A stretch of DNA of 64,000 nucleotides, from assembly GCF_040938485.1 (NCBI RefSeq), contig NW_027271186.1, positions 2,170,001 to 2,234,000 on the forward strand, read 5' to 3'. Positions 27,010 to 40,684 of the stretch are shown here, one piece after another. The notes under the pieces were generated by a model that saw nothing but the letters and a program-made list of their open reading frames with translations, was not told the DNA's origin and did no database searches. Within the stretch, counting starts at the first letter, position 1. The number at the start of each line of letters is the position of its first letter. The DNA is from Diadema antillarum. Lineage: Eukaryota. A program made the position numbers and the translations under genes.

Positions 27010-28900
27010 GAGATTTTCGCAGAGGTCACGTGGGTCAAGGGGCGGGGCTTTGAAAAGATATAGCATAGTCAGTTTCAGCTCGCTTTAGTTTGTATTTTAT
27101 GTACATTTATCCAGAATTGCTATTTTTTGCTGTTTTGTGAAAAGATTTGACAACTTTTTCCCATACCCAAATAGGAGTGAAAATTTCAAAGTTGTGTTTG
27201 ATTCCCAATACATTCACAAGAGGCGACATGATCTTGAATTAAATGACATTTGAAAATCAATTTGATTTGCCCTCATTGTATGACGTACCATGCAGATAGA
27301 TATCATTGCAAAAATCCCCATACCGAGATATTGATAAGGATGTATACAAAAAGGAACATCAAAATAAGTAAACCCATATGGATGAAAACCAAAACCAGGT
27401 AAAGATATTGCTTCTATAGACCGCGATTCATTTCCTTGATACTTTACACAATGTAAATATCTTTCATCTGGCTATTTCCCCTATTGCATAGCTTTCACTT
27501 CTACATACAGTATCTTTCTTCTTCTTTTTTTTTCGCCTACTTACATAGCCTATAGCCTACTTACATATGAACAGAGTACCGGAACACAGCACCCAGCATA
27601 GGGACAGTATACATTGCACAATGCTATTATTAGTACAAAAATTATGTAGGGCTTCTAATTTTACTATTTGTCAATACCACAATTTATTTTAGCCCAGACC
27701 TGTCGGTAGCAGGCATCTTGAAAAAGCAAGAAGGTGGCTCTTCGACACCTCCTGGGATCCCTGGTCTATAATATAAAACGTTTCATCTCAACTTCACATG
27801 TAATTCTTTCACCACACGCCCACCCGATACCATACTGGGGGTCGAGCTCTGCTTGCCGTGCTATACCATATGCCAGACACGCGGAAGTTGCATTAGCGAC
27901 TGTAGTGAGCGAGAAGCCACGCCGCTCGTAGTGCAGGAAACGCGATCAGCATGCCGTCTCGTGCCCCGTTGTGCTAATGCAATCTACTGGACCCACCCTT
28001 ACATTATTCTTTAAAATTTGATTTGGACATGTGAGAACCGTATATCACATTTCAATACATAATCATTATCTGCATCAGCCGGAGCCGTGACCTCGTCCAA
28101 GAAGCAGGCTTCCTTTCCTCTTATGATTCAAGATAAAGCAGACAAGCTTCCTCGTTGCTAATATGCATCCGCGCAATTTGTCCTACTGCTTCGATGACCT
28201 ATGGAAAATACCCACTCAAAATACACTGTTAACATGGACATTTTATATATTCATGTAAAACTACCCCACCCAATGAAGTCCCGTTTTGAAAAGGGTTGTA
28301 TGTCCATGACTGGTACCTTTGAAATCCCTATCTACAGTAGGCATACTAATTACTATGAATTTTGCACAAGACTCCATTGAAGACAGACAATGGACATCAT
28401 TAAATAGCACTATATGTAACTCCTAGACAAATAGCAAGAAATATGTGACGCTTGTGCGAGCTATAACCGAAGAAAACGAAATTAAAGTGCAAAATTTGGA
28501 TGAGGACATTTCTCTATGGAGAGACGCCGGTAAGGTATAGATGTAAGGCATGTATTTGAAAAGGCTGCACATTACCAAGCTACAGTGCACAGAAAGCCCG
28601 TTCCTAACTCAAGCAGCTTGCGACCACTTGTTTTTCCCTCGTACATTTCCTCGAGGTACGCTCACACATGGCTGACCGGGGTAATCGGAACAAACAACCT
28701 TCATCCCTGGCAGCTCATCACATTTCCGCTGCGATCCCTGAATTTGAGCTTGAATATTCATCAGGCCGCCGGCCCTGTCCGATGAAATTGACACCGGGAG
28801 GTTGTCGCTGTGTGAATATGCATGCATGCAAATATCAAGGATGTGTTTTTCCTTGTGCCGCGGTTCTACGAAGAGAAGGGAAGGTTTGTTCGCCCTAATA
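27010..28900 (+). pseudogene. possible decayed transposon coding region (ISL2EU/Harbinger-like DDE motif)
   Basis: RS*LKQLATTCFSLVHFLEVRSHMADRG...LAAHHISAAIPEF (about 28596-28742) resembles GRxSDKxIT..G.L..LEPGD.VMADRGF....L......L.IP.F; multiple stops and frameshifts; GC box and E-box at 27025-27049. Confidence 0.35.
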
Positions 28901-30746
28901 TGGCGTGACGAGCTGTCCTACAGGGCATTATTTTATTATCGAGCTTAGTGAAACAGACAAATAAGAAAAGAGGAAGGAGTGGTGAAATGTATGACGTCAC
29001 TGTCTAATCATCCTAAAGCATGCAAATTTTATGTTTTCAAGAAAGGGTAGTTTCCCCGTATTCTGCAGGAAAAAAGAGTGAAAGAAAAAATAAAAGAACG
29101 GTTGTAGTGATGAGTAGCAAGGACACATTGTTCTGAGTTTTGGGGAATGTTGTGAACTTTGGAGGTTTGTTTTCACCAGAATGACAGCTCAATAAAGCAA
29201 GAAAACAATGGCATACGACATTCATTATCATCCTTCAGTGGCACGCTATCACTCAACGTGTACTGTGCTCACTGCATGATGAAAAAAAATTGAAGGAACT
29301 GGCTGTTGTAAAAAGGAGCCTCTGTCGGCTACCGGTTAGGGGAAAATTGCAACTTAGGGGAAGTCCCTGCAGTAAAAGCAACCAGCTGTATGTTCAAATT
29401 CAGATCAAGGAGCTTGAGCTGAAGTCTGTACTCTCCATGTCCAAACAAGCTCATTGGTTCAACCACATCGTGTTGTTTTCATCAACCAGTCGACAATTAT
29501 CTCTGCATGAAACCAAAAGACACTACCCAGGGTACGGAGAAACCAAATTAAAAAAAAAAAAACAGAAAAGAAATATCAAATTCGGAGCTGACATGAAGTA
29601 AATGAAGAGAAAGAGGCGGATGTATAAGAAGCGAACATGTGTTTGTGTGTGTGTGTGTGTGTTCATTTAAAGATTATTATGTTGAAAATAACCACCAAAT
29701 TCAGTTGCGCCTAAGATAGTCAATATTCTCAAAATTTATGATCCGACAGAAACCCTGGTTTCTGTTTCTTGAATGTCAATGTTTCACATATCTGCCTAGT
29801 GGAATTAATATAAGAAGAAATCTACCTAATCATGTAAGATTTCGATGTATAATCAGGTAAATATTCTTATCTTTATTCGCTTGATCAATTTTTTGATCAA
29901 CAACAAAAGAAATAAAGAATAGTCGCTGTTAAAGATAAAAAGACCTGATCATATGAAGAAAAAAAAAAAGCTCGGTCTTTCATGTTTATTGCTGGTCTCT
30001 GCATGTTTTTGAAAACGGAGAATATTGTCACTGCAACAACAGCAACAAAAACATTTCAAAAAATGAAACCCAGCGGGGTCTTGATCAAATGCTTGATATT
30101 TATTTTAACTGGGTAGATCATTTCAAATCAACATCAGAATCGCATCAATATTATGCATAACTGAGAAAACGTACACGTAGTTGCATTGTGTAAATGATAG
30201 AAAACTGAAATCATTGTACGAAGATAAGAGACAGATACCGATGTTCAGAATTATTTATTCATTTATCTATTCATTTACTAGGCTTTTGTAATTTATATAT
30301 TTATCTATTCTTTCATTTATTCAGTATTCTTTAGCCAGCGTAGCCCCTTCGGTGGTTTGTACATTGTTATTGTTTAATAGGGGTCATGCAACAAAGTAAC
30401 AATGCAAAAACGTTCTGCATGCCCTCAAATTACCTCAAATCTCCTCACTAGCTGCTGTAACGTCACGCATTATTGCCCGGCGGATTGTCCAGTATATACA
30501 AGTTTTGTATTATGTTCTTCATAATGTTTCAAGACACTAACGGGTCCAGCGGGGCATATAGAGCAAAATGATAATGCCTGGTGGGTCTATTCTTTGTACC
30601 GCAGCCGTACTATTAAACCAGTATTATTCTTCGACCTCACAGTGGACACTTGTGTGATAGAGAGGTCATTATTCTGTGCGCCACCATTCGGAGACCAGCT
30701 CTTTGTGTCTATGCGTGTGTCTGCGTCCGTGTCTATGTGTGTCTGT

Positions 30747-30748
<2 letters not shown>

Positions 30749-30811
<63 letters not shown>
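30749..30811. repeat. (TG)n microsatellite
   Basis: direct reading. Confidence 0.97.
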
Positions 30812-30814
<3 letters not shown>

Positions 30815-31334
30815 TGAGTTTGTTAGTGTGTGCAGTATCGTGTGAGCTTCGATGAGGGATACTGAGTCGTACGTGATGGCGCGAGTGACGAAAGGTGCAA
30901 ATATTTCGGAGTATCAATTTGAATATGCCACGTGGGTGGGGCAGTTTTAGAAAAACACCATATCATGACCATGGCCCGATTGTTTCAAATAAACATTCAC
31001 GGGAAAAGAAACGCCGATTGAAAAAGAAAAAACTATAAGTAGAATGTACAGTCTTCATTTCCGTTCATCTTTACAGATAAGATTGAATATCCACAACTAT
31101 CTTTCCGAATTTATTTTCATACAGCACAGGCCTACTGACATTAAACGATTATTATCATTATTCAGCTTGAGTCGTACACCAACACACGTCCACACATGCA
31201 GTAGCGAAGAATATTGGTCAGATCCTAATATACACAGTAAACCCTGTCTACTAGTATTTAGCAACAAAAATAAAAAGCCCATCTGGACTGGTCAGCGGAT
31301 TGAGACGAAAGTTGAAAGGCTCGCCATTGTCACT

Positions 31335-32527
31335 CAATCTAGGGGGGGGGGGGGGCAAGGGGGGCACGTGCCCCGGGCGCCAATCCTTGGGGGCGCAAAA
31401 AACGAAAAAAAAAACGAAAAAAAAAGAAGAAGAAAAAAGAAAAAAGAAAAGAAGAAGAAGAAGAAAAAAAAAAAAACTCGCCCGGAGAGGGGGGGGGGCA
31501 GAAAACCAAATCAAACAAGATAAAAACAAAACATGATGACGACGCGGACAAAATGACAATGTTTATTGTGTTCACACAAGAATTCCATGTTCTGTAAGCT
31601 GAAATACAAAAATTTTCGGCTCGCTCGCTGCGTTCGCTCGCCAAAATTTAAAGAAGGTAAGAACAAAACGTGATGATGACGGGCACAAAATGACAATGTC
31701 TATTGTGTTCACACATGTCATTTCATATTTAGCAAGCAAAATGTTTTACGGAGCAGCGGCTGCAATTTCTTTCGTTCTGAAGCGATCGCCACGATCATAC
31801 GGGCTTGTAAGCTGAAAATACATTGTAAGCTGAAATACATAAATTTTCGGCTTGCTCGCTGCGCTCGCGCGCCAAAATTTATCGAAAAGAAAAGAAAAAA
31901 GAAAAGAAGAAGATAAGAACAAAACATGACGATGACGCGCACAAAATGACAATGTCTATTGTGTTCACACATGTCATTTTATATCAAGCAGGAAAAATGT
32001 TACACGGAGCAGCGGCTGCAATTTCATTCGTTCTGAAGCGATCGCCGATTGGATCAAGAGAGGACGCCAACGGTTTCGAACATATGGGGGGGGGGGGCGC
32101 AAAAAAAATAAAAAAATCAAAAGAGATAAGAACAAAACGTAATGATGACGCGGAAATATGCAAATTTCGGCTCACTCGCTCGTACTAATTTAGATTACTA
32201 GTATTATAAGTCCTCAGTTTGTTGGTTTAAATCGTTATCTATAAGGTCGTCATTATATCTTGATTAGAATTGTAAGATTTAATAAGCAAAAAATGACAAG
32301 AATTCCATGTTTTGTAAGCTGAAATACAAAAATTTTCGGCTCGCTCGCTGCGCTCGCTCGCCGAAATTTATCAAAAAAAGAAAAGAAAAAAGAGATAAGA
32401 ACAAAACGTGATGATGACGTGGAAATATACAAATTTCGGCTAACTCGCGCGTACTAATTTAGAGTACTTTTTAAATTCCTCATGCAATTTGTTGGTATAA
32501 ATCGTTGCCTATAAGGCCGTCACTATA
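31335..32527. mobile_element. GC/A-rich patchwork repeat with internal tandem modules (probable non-autonomous DNA transposon remnant)
   Basis: G-run/GGGGGCGC motifs; 3-5 copies of AAATTTCGGCTCGCTCGCTGCG and AAGAACAAAAC(G/A)TGA(T/C)GA(T/C)GACG modules. Confidence 0.65.
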
Positions 32528-32610
32528 CAGTTGAACCTCTCGTATCCGGACAAGTCGGGACCGGGGCTCATCCGGATAAGGGATTTGGCCGGATACGGTC
32601 GAGACTCAAT
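32528..32610 (+). mobile_element. 5' end of a pogo/Tigger-like (Tc1/mariner) MITE
   Basis: TA|CAGTTGAACCTCTCGTATCCGGAC; no 3' TIR seen (possibly in the gap at 33265). Confidence 0.6.
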
Positions 32611-33575
32611 GCTCTATACATGTATATAATATACATACATATGTAGAGTAGCCCATTGTAGTACCACATGTAGTAATGTGTATACTGCAACCTTTTCATT
32701 GTTACACTCAGTAACAGACCCCAAAATAGAGGTTCGTGTTTGCAAGAATGAAATCATTTTCTTTTATAAATTCTTGGGATTATTTACCTAAATAACTATT
32801 AAGAAATATATCAAGTATATGTAATTCATGTGTGTTCACTCAGGGGTTATAGCCTTGTCCCGACAGGTTGTCGCTTTGTTCATGCTTGGTGGGTTAAGGC
32901 TCGTTCGTTGATGTTGTTATATTCTTGTTTATTTAAATGACGCCGTCAGTCTGTTTGAACACTGAACGCCACCAGACGATTGGTTAGATCAAAGAGCTAC
33001 TGTAGTAGCTATTTGGTTACTAGTAGATCGTATTGACTGCTTATTATCATATCCAATATTGCTATGATCAATGTTGTTACTTTCACTAGTAGTCCTGTCA
33101 CTACCATTTTTATCATTACTAGTACATGTATAGGCCTATTATTTTAAATGTTTATGCAGGTGCAATTATCATCGTTATCATCATTGGTTTGTTTTTGACT
33201 TCGGCAGCGACCAACCAATCAGAACGGAGAGAATATTCTCTTGCTGTCTTTAGATCGACGGACTNNNNNNNNNNNNNNNNNNNNNNNNNNNNNNNNNNNN
33301 NNNNNNNNNNNNNNNNNNNNNNNNNNNNNNNNNNNNNNNNNNNNNNNNNNNNNNNNNNNNNNNNNNNNNNNNNNNNNNNNNNNNNNNNNNNNNNNNNNNN
33401 NNNNNNNNNNNNNNACTACTATACAATGTGTGTTGTCATAGTTGGCCTATCAATCTTATAGGACAACGGTAAGAAGAAAATACAAAGGAGATATTTTGTT
33501 ATTTTCATGTTTCTAGCAAAATGAACTTGACTTATACCCTTTTTCGAAAGGCAAATGGAATAATATTGCCCTTAA

Positions 33576-33938
33576 AGGGATGGTATAGTTCTGGTTGAGA
33601 CGGTGATTCACGTTCTTGCAAGATAATTTAGAAGCCACTTATAGGAAACATAAAAGAGCGTACAACAAGAGAAATTAACAGTTTAATATTGATGAAATTT
33701 AGTTTTGACATGGCTGAGATATCCAACTACAAAGTGGGCCTAACAAAAGGTGGGTCCCACCTTTTATTTGGACCACATTGTTTTATACTTTGTTTTCTGA
33801 TATCTCAGCCTTTTCAAACCCGATTTTCATCTAATAAACTCTTAATTCCTCTTACAATATGCTCTTTCATATTCTAAATTATCTCGCAGAAAAGTTAAAA
33901 ACCTGAATCCCCATCTCAATCAGAATGATACCATCCTT
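33576..33938. mobile_element. TTAA family B-related MITE (363 bp)
   Basis: TTAA|AGGGATGGTATAG...ATACCATCCTT|TTAA; internal GGTGGGTCCCACC palindrome. Confidence 0.85.
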
Positions 33939-36289
33939 TTAACATGATGCAACGGTAACAAGTCATGCTCATGAGTGAAATATTTCCTTTTAAACTTTTC
34001 TTTAAGCTGTTGTTCTACTGTGACATCACAAACTGCCATTATATCCTTTTATACAACGACGGCGGCACCAAGTATAAAAATTCTATTATCTCATGAGCGG
34101 CCTCATTGTCCGATGTTCCTTATAGACTTCCACTGCATTGCTGCATTCACTCATTCACATACTTGGTTTATGGGGGATTCTTCTACATACAATATATCGA
34201 TGAAAGAGACCCCAAACACGATGGTGTCTTTGACGCGACTTCGAAAGGCATTTATTGACATTTATTGTCAGCTCGAGGGAGAAAATGGGGCAGGGTGGGG
34301 CAATAGGGAGGGAGTCATTACCATAATAATCAACCCCTGTGTTGGCGTGTCGAATTAGGTCTTTTCAGCTTCAGGGTGATTCAGTGATTGTTATAGCCTT
34401 GGCACTATGGGAAGGTGGGAAGACATAATGCTCTTCATGCTTCGATAGATCACTTTGGGAAGAATTATATACGAGCAGAAAAAAAAATATATATATATAA
34501 TGAAATCGTTCAATCACTATACTTGCCCTCTACTTCCCCTTTTCCGAAATTCCTGCGAGTGATCTGATTTGGTTTTTTTTTTTTTTTTTGGATGGGTGCG
34601 ATCTGGCGATGGAAGCGATCTGGCGATGGAACGAGTATCGTGTCATTTCGACTTCGTCGATATGCGTTTACCCTTATGATTAAAAACGAATTCATTCTGA
34701 TATCTGATTTAGGTGTCATGTCATGTATATTATAATAAACTAAAAGAAATCGTATTATTTTATTGTCTCAGCGTTTATCATGCACTTAAGTATACATGCC
34801 TTCAATAACTTAAGTAGGGGATATCCGATAAAGGAAGGTACTGGAGTCTGTGCGTCTACACCTACATCTTTGTATGGTGACATGTATGGGCAGTATATTA
34901 CTCTGCGTGCTTTTATTGAGTGTCACATTCTCGTATAGTCATCTCAGGTGTTTGTTTGTTCGTTAAGTGTATGTAAAGTAATAGTAGCTCTACTCTGCTT
35001 CCGGGATAAAATGGAATGCAGAGACGGGTTGGAAAGGTAATTCCAATCGCGTAAACAGCGTAGGCGAAAATAAAGCGTAGAAACAAGTTTTGCTAATCAG
35101 GCCACTAAGTAAAACAGCCCATAAAATACTCTGCGTTTAAATGGGCGGGATTCCAGCCTAGCCATAATAAAGGTGCGATAGTGTGCAGTTAAGTGCAGTG
35201 TGTCTGCGCCTCGACATCGGAGCGTCTGGATTATTTTTACCCACAGTTTTCTATACCCGCACATGCACAGGCAAAGGCCGTGAAACCCGCGAAAGTAATT
35301 TGGAAAACAAGCTAACAAACAAACTTCAAGAGCAAAGATTCTGAGAAATCCCTGAAGGTCAGAATTAAGAGGACTTAATGAAAAAAAAAAAAAACTGTGC
35401 GGAAAAAATACTTTGGGAGGATATGTTCGCTCAGAAACCAGAGGATGATGATAAGTTAGTGTAATCATGTTTTCTTCGGATGGCAAAGAGTTACTGCCCA
35501 CATCCAACTTTGTTCTTGTATGGGCAAGTACAAAATTATCTTTCAGGGTAAATATTGAACACACAATCATGTTGCCACGCAACGTCGAACTCACTTTATA
35601 TTACCTACCAACGTATGATAAGGATGTCATGGGGTTGAAGTAAGCTACGATAAACATTTTCAATTAATGCTATAGGCATTTTCTAGCAAAACCTGGTACT
35701 ACTTCATTTTTTGTGTAAAACACAACAGATATAGCATATTGAGAAAGACAGACAGACAGACAGACAGACATAGAGACAGACAGAGAGAGAAAGAAATATG
35801 TTTTGTGTCTGCATGCACACTCATGTGATTGTGCTTCTGAGTTCTAACAATATGAATATGCCTCTTATGACAAAAGCCAAGTAAATCATATTCTGGCAAT
35901 CACGTGGATGCCATAAGTATGTGGCATGCTATATACCTCTCCGAGAGAATTTATGGCTGGTTGTGATCGATGACTAACTTATCAATTCTTGGCATCAATC
36001 TTATGTTGCATATCATACATCATGCTTTTAAATCTCAGCCATATTAAAGAGGCAAAATGAAACAATATTTACTATCAGGCATATAGTAAGCAGAGATATA
36101 GGCCGTATCAACCGGGACCGCGGAAAGGGAGGGGGAGGGGTGGGCTGCAGCTCCCCTCTCCTTTGGCTCTTTAACCCCCCACGAGCACTGACACCCCCTC
36201 CCCTCCCCTCCCCCCCCCCCCCGCCATGCATCTTAGACGATGATTGTAAGATTAACAACTAACATACAGCCTCATTAACCACAAAACAG

Positions 36290-36583
36290 TACTCTCTAAA
36301 AAAAATCGAGTGAAAATTTTCACTCTTGAAGGAGTGAATACAAAAAAGAGTGAATTTAGAGTGAAATTGGAGTGAATTTAGAGTGAAAATGTTCATTTTC
36401 GCTTGTTTTAGAGTGATGTCAGGGATCACTCCAAAATCTTCGAGTGATCCCTGAGGTCACTCCAAAATGAGTGAAAATGAACATTTTCACTCGAAATTCA
36501 CTCCAATTTCACTCTAAATTCACTCTTTTTTGTATTCACTCCTTCAAGAGTGAAAATTTTCACTCGATTTTTTTTAGAGAGTA
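36290..36583. mobile_element. 294-bp foldback element (near-perfect palindrome with GAGTGAA subrepeats)
   Basis: ~142-bp arms, first ~88 bp perfectly complementary, 10-nt loop; TA at both ends. Confidence 0.92.
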
Positions 36584-39500
36584 TATATGATGATAGAATA
36601 TTACACATTTATTCGTTATTTTGAATAAATATTAACTCCGCTGTGTGGCGAACAATAGAGCATCCGTCTGAAAACTGTACGCATGAAAGACTTCATTTGC
36701 ATTCGTCTTCATTAGAAAGAAATCCTATCACAACGTAAATGTTTGCCTAACATTGCCCAGCAAATTTGCTATTTACCTTTAGAAATGTGGCGGTTGAGCG
36801 AAAAAAAAAAAAGATGTTACATAGCCTGCTTCCACGCCACATCATTTTGTCAATAGCCATTTTCATTATTCCATTAATTGGATTCTTCAAGGTTAATTCT
36901 AACCCGGTCCTGCACACGAGCACAATCACAACGCCAACGTACATGACATAATGAGTCATTACCGCCCATGCTATACTCAAATATTGACGAACACTCAACT
37001 CTGTTCGATGAATTGAAGAATGCAATATACGTGTGCGTCTTCTTCATTCTCTAGCTTGCGCAGGTATTGCATTTTTCACACATGAATCAAAATTTACTCA
37101 TTCTCTATTTATTCATTTGTAACATTTCGGATGACTTGATATGAGTTTATTCGCTTGATATGCGAAACCCTGTGAGATTCTATGGAGCAAAAAGTAATTA
37201 CAGTGGCAATGGATAAGGATGCTGTTCATTTTTAAATTATACATTGTATACTTTACAGAAGACGCTTTCATTACTGAGGAAAGAATCAGTCAGCCCTATA
37301 CCGCCAGACCCACAGCCGTGATAAATACTGGCTGATAAAACATTTCTCAGTGTTGAGGTTATCAAAGGCATGAAGGTTCACAGCCCGAACACTGAAACAT
37401 TTTAAATCTGTGAATTAAACAACATACGCCTAGAAATTTACATTGACAATACATTACACTTCAGGTTTCTATCAACTGATATCAGAATGATGATGTTTAC
37501 TTTTATCATTTTCAGCTGGGATCGTCTGGTGTAGCCACATCAAATAATAAGAAGTTTAGCTTCCTTGTAAGTATAATACGTCTTATAACGTGTGTATAAC
37601 ACGTACGTCAAGTAAGAAATCAGCCCAGTAAGCCTATCTATGTTGTAGTCTGAACTTCGAACTTTCTTGCATGCATCGCATGAAGATATTCCGGAAGACA
37701 ACTGTCAGAAGACTCTATTTTCCCCATCCTTCTTCTTATTAGGTACTTGTTGTCCTTTGGCTGCACATTCAGGACATTTTAAATGCATATTATAGCCGTT
37801 ACTGTGCTGCACGTCTGGTTTTTGTTCTTTGGTTGTTGTTGTTTTTTTTCATTCATCCCGCTATTACATTCCGACCTTATACTCCATTAGAAATCCGGTT
37901 TCTCGTACTCAGCCGCAGTACAATTCACTTATAAGTCATTTCTTCCTGTAGACTTCGCTGAAAGACACACAACCGATTCTGTACCCTGAAGACCTTCTGG
38001 TTGTAAGCATCTTGGAGATTAACGACAGGCGAGAAAATTCGAATCGATCCTCTCTTTCTCCGAAAGCAAAATCGGCTATGCAAAATCAATCGTGGTGATC
38101 GATCACCTGTGTCGAGTGTGTGCCTTGTGAGTTCGGCATGGTTGGATTCGTTAGCCCGCCAAACTCAAAATCAATTGTTTGGCGTGTCCCGCTCTTTCGT
38201 TACAGAAGTTTGTGTCGCCACGCCAGTCGGAGTGACAGACAGTTAATGGTCAAAGGGGGCAAGCAGAGAAGCGGGATTTCGCTACTCGCTCAAATCAATT
38301 TCTGAAAGAACGGGAAAGTTGCAAATACTTCTGTTGCCGCTATAGGTTCTCAGGTGCAAGTGTGAAAGCTAGGAGGAATAATGTTGAAATCGACGTATCT
38401 TTCGGTCGGACGTCAACACTTATACAGGAGCATAGCTATCATCTTGCTGTAAGCTCGTACTTGTCTTAGCTCAAGCCTATACAGCTAGTGAGTACTAGTC
38501 TTTATAAATATTCGACCGTATTGATATTAAAACGTACATTGCTTTATTCATTTGCATTACACCATTAAAGCGGAGCAAACGTTTTCCTACCAGATGAATT
38601 AGTAACTCCCGGCAAGATATCCCAGCGACATTTCGAAATAGAAAGGAGGTTATGGCATACGTCACCCGAGGAAAACTGTTCGCAATATGGAATATTACTT
38701 TGATTGTATGGTGTCATAAGATCATTCGTTCCATAACAGGAGTCTGGATGAGGTGTTCTAGTTCAAAGAGAGGTTGCGGAGAAGACAAAATGATATTTTT
38801 TTCTTCCTCGAGCACAGTGTAACACTCCTTAGTAGGTTGTGACACTCTTCGGTTGGTATGACAACGTGGTCTTATTTTGGGAGAGTGTTACGTTATAATA
38901 TGGAGGTAGAAAGTAGGCCTATACCTATTTAGTATAATAATCAGCAGATGTTCCAGAAGACAGAACGATCGGAATGATGAGAACTCACAAGAGTGAAGTC
39001 CATGGTCCTGTTGCATAAAAATTGAGATCAAACATATTTCAGAAAATCAAACATAGGCCTAAGTCTTTAATACTCATTTCTGATTAGCTGATACCGGACT
39101 TCGTTTTGGTTTCCTGACATATGTTTCATTGCATCTCTTTATGCAACGGGGCCAGATCAGCCTTTTATTATTATAAGGAAGAATGTGCAAATACACAGCA
39201 GAAGTACAGTTGATGAATGCTATAATATCGATTTCACTTGGTGCTCCCTATAGTATACTCCTGATAGGAACTCGAGTGCCTGAGGATTTACCCTCTGCCG
39301 AGTGGCAAGAGGATTTGCAGAGCCACTAAATGGCCGAACAAAAACTATTAGTATAAGTACATGGTATCAGAGTCGTGGACCAAACTCCCCTCTCCCTCAT
39401 GTGGACAGGGGTATTCATAAGAAATCTATTACAGTGTAATATTACCTTGGTTACTTTCCATAAGCTAACAGGGACGATTAATTCTAACTATATACGGCAT

Positions 39501-40684
39501 GTAATGAATATCTATTGGGGGTGCAGTCTAAATTGGGGAAAGGGCGAGTTCTGAAACCATATATGGTCATGATACTTTATGAATGACCACTCTGCTCTGC
39601 TCTGGTGGTTTTCAACACAATGGAATGTGGTGGTCAAGTGTTTAGCCGGTAGCTTTTAATTAAAACAAAGGGGCATTTATGTCGGTGGGTGGAGTATATC
39701 CTGGTCAGTTGGGACTGACCAGTTTCCAAATAAACCACTGCGTCATGAGGGTTTCAAGGGCATTAGAGGAGGGACGAGAGGAATGGGAAGAATAAAACGT
39801 ACGTTCTCTTCCAGAGAAATGTGGTTTGTATTCGAGGGCTCAAATACATGAAGCAGTTGAACATAAAGGGTGACCAAAATCTTGCAACAAGAAGAAAGCA
39901 TTTGGACGGATGTTCTATGTGTATTGATAATACCGCAGTCAAGTTGTTAACAAGAAGGTGCTTGCAGACCGAGTAAACGAGTAACACACGTGTTGAAAAT
40001 AAGATATATGAAAAGTATACTGGATATGTAAAATACCAAAAAGATTCAGTGTCTTCCTTGTTTCAAAGCTAGACCGACTTATGTCTGCCACAACAGATGC
40101 AGTTTTTGATAATCCCCCTAAATTTGGCACGTTTAAAAGAAAACGTGTTCTTACTATTATCCTCCAAATGAGATGTAGTTGGTATCGTAGGAAATCACGC
40201 TCATCATCCACACCTATAAAAAGTTTGAATAGGTTTGTATACAAAATGGTTGTACATACCATTATGGTTGATGAGGGTGAGTATATGCCTTTGCTTTGCT
40301 TGTAATCTTCCCTTGAAATAATTTTAAAGTCTTTGGTACGAAAATAGTGATGGGGTTCGGGTGTAGGACCTTTCTTGCAGGAAAGGTCTTACTAGCGAGA
40401 TGCAAAGGCAAGAGATGTAAAAAGAACGTCGGGGTTGAAAGAAATTGAAGAAGAATAACACACCTCAGGTCCCATTTTAGCCCTCTCATCAAGGAGAAGT
40501 ACATGTAAACAGCAAATGCAATGCATGCAGGTCTAGATACCCAATCATGATATTATATATAGACCCGACTCCTGAAAGTAAATAAAGAGTTGAGTTCTAA
40601 TGCTAAAATTGCCACCAGGACTTGGAACGGATAAGAGAAGAAACCAGGACTGGCATTGCATGAATGTAATCACACCATGCAGCT

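Noticed and set aside
29404-29856. Two possible plus-strand exons (IKELELKSVL...; GINIRRNLPNHVRF...)
   Set aside because: Weak donor for the first; open frames of this length occur by chance; cannot be supported without RNA data
39557-39566. Isolated perfect CArG box CCATATATGG
   Set aside because: Within chance expectation for this base composition; no supporting context
39939-40305. Overlapping plus/minus ORFs with plausible splice sites (GVDDERDFLRYQLHLIW...; ...VVHTIMVDE|GTGAGT)
   Set aside because: Both strands look equally plausible, no homology recognised, no compatible neighbouring exons
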